From Monocercomonoides exilis PA203 (lineage: Eukaryota > Protista > Preaxostyla): 64,000 nucleotides of DNA. Where the stretch lies: positions 620,001-684,000 of the forward strand of contig LSRY02000048.1 of the NCBI GenBank assembly GCA_001643675.2, given 5' to 3'. The translations under genes were made by a program, and so were the position numbers. The notes beneath the pieces were generated by a model, which was not told the origin of the DNA, made no database searches, and saw only the letters and a program-made list of their open reading frames with translations. Position 1 is the stretch's first letter. Each line of letters starts with the position of its first letter. Positions 49,301 through 61,663 of the stretch are shown here, one piece after another.

Positions 49301-49329
49301 ACAAGTCAATTAACGATATATCGAAATGA
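46315..49329 (+). CDS. Large Cys-rich type-I surface protein, 1004 aa, paralog of 18740-22834
   Basis: Intronless ORF with a hydrophobic N-terminus and two CG-x-PC modules. It is colinear with the C-terminal ~880 aa of the 1364-aa protein (NKYDAEPI, EHKLGG, EESKGGAM, YPDAIEGD, LCSWDSGL, YLFPC, CPVSEYVNET). A TM helix is followed by the tail KYKNRNRYKSINDISK*. Confidence 0.9.
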   Translation: MLTILIYCLLCRHAMELDNPSYQLSKNINECSEKDNQFIVSDKESKSLLYPSADPSEQMNATKKGKENIESTAMTETLKSAIEKSSDYSEKNAHDSEIITKCSEDVLHEDDPINDSTQMNNDLLNNEEKEEVFLNGEDGNDDAECGKSESKPCKTIKRAVEKCIQKESIILCTTEESNKYDAEPITFEDRNVEIKSNDNFFITIITALDESKVQQGDALLNIKQNGRLTLEKAYVQVNSSRESGRNQGLTLVEGDNATFKASHTHITIADYEKGLNCVLFECKLGSLHFFETEISHFRSSFALIHAEVSDAVVFFCSTLNGLTTTSTTQSVITIMSGCKLLALIDSNFSDCCSTEHKLGGALYWEIGNGDNTHEIANSNFCNCSCKSKEANGHQNEESKGGAMYIRGNDGVIDALNLSLKNVAFSDCSADKGEYIFLSLASGREQIPEDKLSFDMEEIYGKPNFILLEERKDGIGNIIDLMNDGTKRLPYSAQNIYVGGETSSQEKTCGRKEEPCNLLKTGKSHIVKGGHAMIFVIGRVAVDEPFIYDEAVTLTSAINDCSMPFSENEQKRGILRVGAKIEAKESKAVFEIQYRDTKIEHIDFEYPDAIEGDVLDIIYDKNSLQIFDVVFRPWKTELKGENVLGGEGKPLPYRLIVKEKSTGDITRLVVHGRNSNDNGENHRNNNQMENFIKLSEMEEIKQNSGIVEEVVEDDNPLCSWDSGLIFINQGYYSYINDSSFTDISEGAIFVESSSLNMNNCSFENNHPINEDWMKFPSLHHNFRVKKKSTDEYIYINSLRKGSDGTEGKPLGMISFANVGGSAVDNTSSLFFIPVLLNVSLEKEDQRNVNGMVYRTNDESVIAVVSGEYLFPCGLTFEASKKRKDQELKWIDCPVSEYVNETRMNVKIPKSVLDIDDYTSIVCRLSYPNGMMDEKKSKSKEFVFVKQKKEETANDEPKDKKSSHIIIIAVSVSVFVVVAVVIAIVVICVVKYKNRNRYKSINDISK

Positions 49330-49690
49330 AAAAGGAAGCAAGAGAATTATCATAAATGAAATTTAATAAAAGAGTTTGCTTCTGATTATCGTCGTTTTTG
49401 AAAAAGAAAAAGGGGTATTTATTTATATTTCTATTTCTATTTCTATTTTATTTTATTTTATTTTTTTAAATAAGCAAATCTTTTTGTACAGAATTGCTTT
49501 TATTGGAGATCTGTTATATACTTCCAGATCGTTTTCTGTTAAGATTTTAATTTCCATTTCATAGAGTGAATGGTAATTGATCTTTCTTCTTGACATGTTT
49601 ATAAACATATCACAAACAATTTTTGATTGAAAATACTGTTAAACGAACATCTCATAAATATTCCAATAAATGAGCATTCAAGATGAATAA

Positions 49691-49693
<3 letters not shown>

Positions 49694-49764
<71 letters not shown>
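49694..49764 (+). repeat. Compound T35-GC-(GT)17 microsatellite
   Basis: Read directly from the sequence. Confidence 0.95.
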
Positions 49765-49766
<2 letters not shown>

Positions 49767-50717
49767 ATTTTTCGAAAAGTCTAATCAGTCGTATTTTGCA
49801 CATAAAAAGTGTTTTTAACTTAAATAAACATAAAAGCAAACTTGAAACAAGATTTCAATTTTGAATAATCAAATTAAATATGATATTTGAATCATAAAAT
49901 AATTCAAGAAAAGAGAGAAAATATTGAAATTATCATTCTTCATTAATGTTGTATAAAAAAACAAAACTTTTATAACTTTTTCGTTTTTTTGAGAAATGTT
50001 AAAATTTTTATTGAGTCAAATTATTAAAATAGTGAAACAAATACAATCTAAATCGTATGCAATCCCATCGAACACAATTCACATCATCTATTTTCAAAAT
50101 TTCCTATGCATCGACATCTTTTGCTTGTTTTTCACTTATTTTCCATCACAAACAATAACAGGGCCCAATATATATAATAACATTTTGTTTCATAATGGGT
50201 TCATTTTTAGTTGAAAAATTAAATTTTAATATTTTTAAAATTTATTCAAATGCATTTAATTATTGTTTTTGAAATGATTTAAATTATTTTTTCAATAGAA
50301 AAAAGTGCAGTTGTGAAGAATTTTCAAAAATTGGAAATAAAACCAAAAATTCAAAAATTAATTAATTGGGGGGAAAAACGGACTTTTATGCTTTTTTTTG
50401 CACAAAGCATGAAAATTTTGTTTCACTCGCAATATTATAAAACTTTATCAGATTTCAAAATGAATAAGATTCTCATTTCCATAAACCGGTGTCATTGATA
50501 TAATAGTTAAGAACAAAACCCGCACTTTTGCAAAAACCCGCACACTTGACATTTTCCATCGAAATGCTATTCCACTTTCATATGTGTGAAAGCGTTTTGC
50601 ATTTCATTTCCACCATTAACTATTATTTGTCCAATATTTTATATTTCGATAGAAAAATCAAAAACAAATAATTTTGATCTTTTTTGATCTTTTGATTTTT
50701 CAATCGAAATACAATTT

Positions 50718-50935
50718 GGCTGATCCTTTTTTAATTCTAACTTTCGTTCGAGTTTTGATTCAAACAATAATCTTAATGGGATTTTTCATAAAAAAAAAAA
50801 AAAAAATAATTTTCTTTTTTTTCGTCATCATGCATTGGATGTGTATACCGGTGTTGTTCATTTTTCCAAAACCCCATTAAGAACAAAATTTTGATCAAAA
50901 CTCGAACGAAAGGATGATTTCAAAAAGGATCAGCC
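50718..50935. mobile_element. MITE (218 bp) with ~65-70 bp imperfect TIRs
   Basis: ggctgatccttttt...ctttcgttcgagttttgat...tcttaatggg is mirrored by cccattaaga...atcaaaactcgaacgaaag...aaaaaggatcagcc. ATTT flanks both sides (50714-17, 50936-39). Confidence 0.8.
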
Positions 50936-51363
50936 ATTTTTTTGTTTATTTCATTAAGGGAATATAATTATTTTTTTATTTTTGTTTTTATTTTTTTAAT
51001 TTTGCTTGATACACATTTCATGAAATTCTAGTTCATGTGCGTTTGCTAATTTTGTTCAATCGTTCGGTGAATGTACAAGATTGTCTCTTCAAAGATAACA
51101 TTTTTCAAAAAAGGATGTCCTTGTCAAAAATAAATCAACTATTCCACAAAAAAGATGAAAATGCATTTGCCAAATTATGCATTCAAAGTTTAAACATAAT
51201 TCAATTTTATTTTGCATTTTACTAACAATAAAAGATAAATCATTTATTCAAGATAAAACAAAAAATGAAAATATCTTTATTTTTAAGATTAAAAATGTTT
51301 TCATAATTTTAATTTCAAATGTTTCGGTTCGAATCAAGAAAAATGAAGTGATCCAGAAATGTC

Positions 51364-52458
51364 TCAGAACATCATTCTAAATAAAATTACAATCAGAATA
51401 ATCAAAACTATGACTAAAAAAAGGATTAAGCACCACTTCTTTTTGTCTAAAAGAATATTCATATCATTAAATGAGTAAGATAAAAATTTGAAAAAGCAGT
51501 TATCATTGAATGAAAAAAAAAATAAAAAAATGAATAAGTATTACAAAAAACGATGAAACCTTTTGTATTTATTATTTTATCCATCGCCTTATTGAGTACA
51601 CCTAATTTTCTATTTTGTTTTTCCACGTTTTCACTGATTTCTTCAATTTCTCGCGTTGTATCGTCGACAGCATTTCCAATTTCAAGTCCGACTTGATGAA
51701 GAGTTTGCGCATGTTCGTGAAGAATATCTAATTTGTTGTCTTGATCACGAAAAATTTGCTATTTTTTATGGAATTTCATATTTTTGGCACAAGCAACAAA
51801 AATTATTTTGATGGACAAACCTCTTGCTGTAATGTCTCTTCTTCCAAATACTTTTGATTAAATGCTGTCATTTCTTCTTCAAATCGTTTTTTTGTAGATA
51901 TTTGAGGTTCTTGTGGAATCAATCTCTTATAGGAAGAATTTCAGTAATTTTTAAATAGAAATAAGATTCACACGTTCCTCTGTATCTGACGCATTTTTTG
52001 CTTTGATAATGATGAATTTATTGATTCTTCAATTGCTTGTATTTGATCTTTGACTTCTCTATAAAATGTCCGTCGACGCTCAATTTCCTCAAAAGATACC
52101 CCATACTTCTGGGAATGTGCTTCAGTAAGATCTATTTGATGTTTCAAAATTTAATATTTTTTTAATCTCATGAAAAAACCTATTGTTTGTCCAAAATATG
52201 CTAAATCATCTGAAAATGAATGGATACTTTCCTTTAAATCTGCAGTAGCTTTATCTAATATTTCAAAATTCCCATCAGCTAAAAGCTGCTTCCATCTTGA
52301 ATGCGCATCATTCAAACGAGAAATTGTTCTCTGTATTTCACTTCATAAAAAAAACAAAAACCATACACATAACATAATTATAAAAATAAGCACCCTTTTG
52401 TAAGATAATATGGATCTGTTGTTGTTGTTGACGAAGATTTAGAATCTTTATACGCCAT
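51364..52458 (-). CDS. STX6: Syntaxin-6/Tlg1/SYP61-like Qc-SNARE, 6 exons, 256 aa
   Basis: Exons 52394-52458, 52180-52340, 51974-52131, 51821-51925, 51560-51758 and 51364-51446 join in frame. The Syntaxin-6_N domain reads DPYYLTKGEIQ...RWKQLL...EIERRRTF, the SNARE motif QIFRDQDNKLDIL...IGNAVDD, and the C-terminal TM KKWCLILFLVIVLIILIVILF. The ORF track misses it because the exons are short. Confidence 0.85.
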
Positions 52459-52856
52459 TACAAAAATATCATATTAACTGAGAAGACAATATGGTTGTAA
52501 CTGAAATTGAAATTTTCAAAACAATTTCTTTTAAAAGATAACAAAAAAAAATGCAACCAATAAATTGAAACAACGGTGAATTGAGCAAAAAACAAATCAA
52601 AAAAACAAATCAAAATATTGAAAAATTTTCACATAATGTAAGTTTCATGCATTCATCAAAAAATATAATTTGAAGAGCAAATTTTCAATGCAAAAAGAAT
52701 GACAACCAATTACCTCTTTTGTACCTTTGAACCAAAGCGAAAATTTCATAAAAGGCATAATTTTTGAGATAATGAACATGTAAGAAAAAATCCATCGTGG
52801 AGCAAATACGCTAAGTTCTCATTGTAAATTAAAAAAATACTTTTTTCATTAAAGTT

Positions 52857-53859
52857 CTATTCTTCATTTGATGCATTTGCTTTTATTTCATTTAGGAGTA
52901 ATGATGCCTTTCGAAATAGAACTGGCTGAATAGCATTTGATTGTTCATTATCTTCACAAATTGGACTTATAATCTGATCCTTGGTGATGTTTTTCTCAAT
53001 GACAATCTTTTCGCCAATTGGTTTCACCTCTTGAGTAAGTTGCCCTTCTTCCTCATCTTCGTTGTCGTCACATTCATTTGAATGCTTTCGTTTTTCTGGA
53101 GATTCCTCCAAGGATACTATTTCAGATCCTTCACCTTGACCATCTGTTTCTGTAAGCTCAATACTTGTATCAACTGTATCTACCCAATCTGCTTCGTTGT
53201 TTTGCATCCAATCCGGATCTTCTTCTTCACAATTTTCTTCCTTCTGCTCCATTGATTTATCAAGTCCATCCATTGCAAGAATTGACTGTTGCTCGGATAA
53301 GCCAAGTTGTTCCTTTGAATTAACTTCAGAAGCACATGGAACGTTACATGATGATGCTGATGGTGAACTTTCTTTTTTTGATTCTCCATTATTTTCAATT
53401 CCATCTCTGCTTTCACTTTCAATACTCTCCGTTATCTGAAAAATTTCGAAAGAAAATTAATAGCAAATCTTCAGTTTTTAATAATAATAGCAAAACAACC
53501 TTTTGAAGATTGAGTGTCTTTGATTTTAATTCAGGTGGTTGCAAGGATTCTAAGGCTTGCTCTGGATGTTGAATCATGTCTATTCTTGTCTGATAATAGT
53601 GAAGTGCGTCGCAACCCGAAGAGAATCTTTCTTTTAACTGTAGTAACTTGTGCTCAATCTTTGATTGAAGAGGAGATGCAATCCTATCCTTTAATAAAAA
53701 TAAACATATTTTATTATATTGCTCTTGACTCAATGGTGGAGATGGTAATGATTCTTCTGCTTTTGAAGACATGCAGACTTCAATGACGGCTTTAACAAAT
53801 GGATATAGAAATTGAGGAGCATCAACGGTGTAGCTCGATAGAGATGAATGAGTTTTCAT
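52857..53859 (-). CDS. Hypothetical protein, 2 exons, about 312 aa, acidic C-terminal half
   Basis: Exon 53500-53859 (MKTHSS...LNLQK) and exon 52857-53435 are joined in frame by the GT-AG intron 53436-53499. No family recognised. Confidence 0.6.
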
Positions 53860-54109
53860 TTTAAAGTCAAATCTAAAATAAATGCAGCAATAAAAGCGAC
53901 AATAGAAGATTCGACAAAATTGTTGTACATATTTTATTTTAATATCAAGCAAAGGCATACTTGAAACAGTCAATTTAAAAGCTTGCAAATCAAAAATCCG
54001 GAAATAAATAAAAATTTATGGGTTGAATATTTCGTTTGAAAGAATAATTATAATCTGAGAAATGATATCCAATAAAATATCAATTTTTTAATTCAAAAAG
54101 CAATTCCAT

Positions 54110-56623
<2,514 letters not shown>

Positions 56624-56662
56624 TTTTTATTAAGGGGAACAATTCAATTTTATTTTTTCATT
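56624..56662. promoter_or_regulatory. 39-bp divergent intergenic region (putative bidirectional promoter) DNAAF4/CAP-H
   Basis: The predicted ATG of DNAAF4 is at 56623 (-) and that of CAP-H is at 56663 (+). Both N-termini lead directly into conserved domains. Confidence 0.6.
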
Positions 56663-59600
56663 ATGAAAAAGGCCTCTCGGTCTGAAATTCTTAAAGATTA
56701 TGCAAATCTTATAAAATTAAGTAATGAAAATGTGCGTCGCTCAATTAGAATTATTTCTATTTCATTGTTGAATTTTTGTAATATTTATGTATTTTTTGTC
56801 TTTCCTCACATATGTGGTGCAATGAAATTTTAGAAAATTAATACAAAGAATACATGGTCATTGAAGCTAATTGATTACATCGATGATATTATATCAACAC
56901 ACGAAGAAGGTGGAAGGACAAATTTTCAGTTAGCATCATGCACCTTGAATGCTTCTGTGCAAATCTATGGTACAAGAGTTGATTCAGTGTATCATGATGC
57001 TTTTAAAATTGTAGGAGGACTTAATGCAGCTGGTCCACTTAATCCTGGTATGAAAATTTAAAACTTTCAACAGATTCATTTTTTTTATTTATTCAGAAAC
57101 CTTTGAGGAAATAAAAGGAAAAACAAAGCACGAAACAACAAGGGTGTGATATTATTATGTAAATGAAATTGCATGCAAAATACATTTTTTCCTTATTTCA
57201 GATGAAAACTGTTGCATCATCTCAAGCAACATTGGAAACATCAGTTGATGAAATAAACGTAAAGAAATGGGATCAAAATTTTCTTGTCGATCCGATAATT
57301 TGGAGGGCTACCAGAGAAGGAGAAGAAGGAACGCTGTCAACTTCTTTGATTGTAAATTTGGAGTCGGGTGTTTGTGGAAAGATGTTATTTGATGTTTCAT
57401 CATATCAAGGAAGAGAAGAGCCAGAACGATGGTACAACGGAATGTACGTAGATGGAGCAGATTGGAAGGAGATGATGAAAGAAGATCGGAAAGCCATTGA
57501 AGAAGAAGAAAAAGCAGAAATCAAAAGCATACAAACAGAAGATGAGCCAATGTGGATATGCGAAGTTCCTTCAATAGGTCTGCGCTTTATTTGACTTGTA
57601 TTTTTTTATATAAAACATATTTGCTTCAAAACAATATTCACAATTTCTGTTTCTATTCTTCTTTTTGTGGGGATTTTTCTTTGGACTTATCTTTTCTCTT
57701 TCTGAATGAACATTCATATCTTCAAACTTCAAACTTGAAATTATAAAGATTTGAGTGGTTTTGAAACAGAAAACATGCAAAAGCAGATTCTGCCATCAAA
57801 GTTAGATGGAGCAGAACAGAAACGAGAGACAATGCAGACAAATGCAATGGACATCGAAGAAGAAAACAGACAGAACGATGAAAAAAGCATCCAAACATTC
57901 AAAGAAGAGATGGGTGCTGTTTCTATTTCTTCAGAAAGAGCATACGAAAGAACGGAGCACAGTGGAATGGATGCCGTCAAGCCAGTTGAAGTGAGTGAAG
58001 GATTCTGTGACGATGGAGACGACAGCGGCCTTCTGATGGACATTGACGATGATTGGCAGCCTGCTTCTGCTGAAGATGGCTCAGACGCAACAGCAGCTGC
58101 ACCATCAGCAGGTGTTTCAGGAGAACAGAAAGAAGGGGAAGAAAGAGGAAGAGAAATCAAAATTGTGAATGTTGTGAATGTTATTGGTGATGCTGCTGAT
58201 GCTGGCATGGATGAAGAAGACGATGCAATGCAGTCAGCCACGCAGATTGTGACAGATGCGCTTTCAGTCTTCAACCGCCCAACAACGCCAGGCGCCTTGT
58301 TCAATGCAGAAATGGGGAAATCTGACTCCTCATCGACAATTGAGTCGCCTTCACAGAGCAGTTCTGGCTTGCCACAGGCAGAAGAAACGGGGATGTTCCA
58401 GATGGAGTCGCAGTTTGTGACACCGACGATTCGTCTGACGCCTCTCAGCGAGGCAGCCACGCCGAAGCTGTTCGAGTCGGCTGTCGATACACCTGCGGGG
58501 AGAGGGGTGATGCGGACGCCCAGCCACAAGTACTCGAAGAAGATGACAGCAGAGATGGATGCCATGATGGAGAAGGCGCTGATGGAGGTGTGGCTGGTTG
58601 TGGTTCTTGTGAAGCATTGATAATATTTCACAATCATCAATCATAATTATATATGTAATTAATTTCATATCGCCATTATATATATATCATATTCTATGCT
58701 TATTTCAGGCAACAGGCAATGAAGATACACTGATGACACTCGATTATATGAACGGAGGGCAGATTGCCGCTCGGCGTGCAGCAGCGGCAAAACGCCGAAT
58801 GATGAAAGAAGGTGAAGAAGAAGAAGAAGAGGAGAAAGAGAAAGAGAAGGAATCAAAGAAGAAGAAGAAGAAAGGAAAGAAAGGAGAAGGAGAAAGCGGA
58901 GAAGAAGAGGAAGAAGAAGAAGTGAAAGAAAGCGAGAAAAAGAAGAAATCGTCCAGGAAAAAAGGAGTGCTTGATTTCTCTCGCCCGATCGTGTTGGCAA
59001 GTGGCAAAGTTGTTCCGAACGGAAAAGACAAAGAAAAAGATAAAGACAAAGCAGCACGTGGCTGTATCACTTCCTTGTCCTTCTCCTCTTCCGTCAGCGA
59101 CTTCCAGTTTCTTGCGGAGTGTCCGTTTCCTCCACTGAAGACTGCACACGACGCAACACTCACCCGCACTACTATCAGCAAGCTGCACACACACACAGCT
59201 GTCTCTGTCCCTCGTGACATGCACTTCACCCTCAACTCCATCACTTCTCTCTCTCTCTTCCCCCGCAACCCAACCTTTGGCGCCACATCAACCACTTCTT
59301 CCTCATCTCCTTTCGCTTTCACATTTGCACCTCCTCTTCGTGGTCGCCCGTCGCTTCTTCCTTCTCTGCCACCAGAAGCAGCCATCCGCTTTGCCGAGCT
59401 GCGTGCTCTTTTGTCGAATTTCGACTCTGACGCCGTGGCGATGCCACCGCTTCTGACACACACACGATCTGAAGTGGCGAGTGTGTTGGGAGCAGAAGGT
59501 GCCTCGCTGCTCGGGTGGGATCTGCAGAACGGCTCAGACATCTCTCCATTCGCACTGGCATTGCACGGAGCATCACTATCACGCACACAGACACAACAAT

Positions 59601-61225
59601 TCAGCGAAGACATGCAGGAACACTCGAAGAGCGCTGCAGGAATGCAGGGTGCATCGTCTTCGTTGTCTCTTTCTTCATCAGCAGCGCCTTCTGCATCGAC
59701 TTCTCCTGCACTTTCGATGGATGTTGATGGCATTGAAGGCAGAGGTGTGGCGGATGTGTTGCATGATCCGCTTGCTGTTGGGCTGCTGCATTTGGAGAAC
59801 GGAATGGGAACAAGAGCGCTTTCTCCGATTGAGCAGATTGGCGAGGAAGATCTCGGAATGAGCAGCGACATGAAGGAGAAAGTGAATGAGCTGCAGATGA
59901 ATGCAGAGCAGCAGCTGTTGCAAAGTGTGCTGAACGCACAGCTTGGAGGAGATGCGACACTTGCAGAACACCACAAGGCAGAAGAGACACGAACAGATGG
60001 ATTGAATGAGGATGGAAATAGAAATGATGGATCTGGGGCTGATGGATCAAACAATGGTGAGGATGGGTCACAAGGATTCGGAGAGGAGAACAGGAACGAT
60101 GACAATGGAGATGATTATGATGGATATGGATTTGATGGTGGAATGGATGCAGACGCTGATAGCGAAGGAGAGGAGGATAAAATGGGAAGCGGAGGAAGTA
60201 TGCGCTCTACAAACAGATTGAACCAGTTCCGTTTGTTGTATGATGCACCACAGCAATCAGATGCGATTGTCACCATCACCAATCTGCCAGCATTCACTGC
60301 CTTCGACATCTACGAAGAGGAGGCAGCAGCGATGCAGCAGCAGGGGCAGACAAGCGCAAGTGGAAGTGCATCAGGAATAAAAGAAGATCAGATCTTTCCA
60401 GCTCTTACAAAGCCGCTCACAACACAATTTTCGGTGTTCAAAGTGGAAGATGTGCAGCTGGATGAAGCACTGGCTGCAAGCAACACGACTGCTGATTCGC
60501 TGATGGACGAGAAAAAGTTTGATGCGAAAGAAGAAAGCAATCTTTCGTTGGTGCAGGCTGAAACTATTTCTATCAGCACTTTGGGTGTTGCCCAGAGGAG
60601 ACAGAGGCGTCTTGTGCCAAGGCCGCCGATGGTCAGGGCAATTGTGATTCATTTTGATAGTGTGCCGAAGCGAGTGGATATGCACAGACTGAAGAGAGGG
60701 ATGTGGAAGGAGCTGAAGAAGGACATTGTGGCGAAGAAGACGCAGTGGAAGATGTACAATCAGCAGACTGCCGAAGCAAACAAAAAGCTCAAAATGGAAG
60801 AAAATGCTGCATCAGATGGGATGGAACAAGAGCAAAAAAGAGAAGAGAGCGAGACATCTGAACAAAACAAGCCAGAAGTACTGTCTTCAGACAATCAGGC
60901 TGAAGTTGTGCCAGTTGAAAAGCCGAAGCTTGTGCACTCATTCCGAGCGTCGTTGTCGACATTGTCTTCTGTTCTGCCTCCATCACAGCTGAAGGAGACG
61001 TCGGTGCATTTGGCGTTTCTGTGTCTTCTGCATATGGCAAATGATCACAACCTCGTGCTGACAGAACAGTCGAATGGAAGTGCAGTGGCAGAAAGCAGCG
61101 AACAAAATGAAGGAGAAGAGAAGAGAAGTGATATTCTGATAAATGATGAGGAAGAAGGAGAGTTTTTAAATACACTGAAGGTGTCAACAAGAAGCAGAAG
61201 AGAAAAAAGAATTCAATGGGGTTGA
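56663..61225 (+). CDS. NCAPH: Condensin I kleisin subunit (CAP-H/Barren/Brn1/Cnd2), 6 exons, about 1353 aa
   Basis: Exons 56663-56731, 56834-57047, 57097-57143, 57202-57577, 57749-58587 and 58709-61225 join in frame. The N-terminal kleisin motif is LIKLSNENKINTKNTWSLKLIDY...NFQLASCTLNASVQIYGTRVDSVY. The C-terminal motif is KRVDMHRLKRGMW...SVHLAFLCLLHMANDHNLVL. Confidence 0.92.
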
Positions 61226-61663
61226 TATGAATCAGCATCCTTTTAATCATTTTTATCAATTTTTAAATGTTTTTAAAACATTTTTTGTTCATTTTTGCTT
61301 TCACAAATGTGGAAGAACTTTAAAAAATCAATAAAACATATTTCTCTTTTGAGATTTGGCAAAGTTCATTTTATCTTTAAAGTGAATTGTTTTGCGACAA
61401 AATGAGAAGAAGAAGAAGAGAAGAAGAAGAGATGCATTTTTGCGGACTACATATGCACATAAATAAAAGGACTTGTAAGAGAAGCTGTTTAAAAAACTAA
61501 ACATTTCATAAAAGTATGAAAGATTCACAAAGAGAAGAAAGCAAATAAACAAAACCAAAGACAACCAAATTCTTTATTCACTTCTTTTTTATTTTTTAAA
61601 AAATAAAAAAGGAAACAAACATATAAATAAAAATATTTTTTAAAAATAGATAATTAAATACGC

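Noticed and set aside
58744-60105. Long antisense ORFs (453 aa here; also 236-1033, 57741-58640, 63276-63974)
   Set aside because: These are shadow frames opposite well-supported genes, with S/F-rich low-complexity composition.
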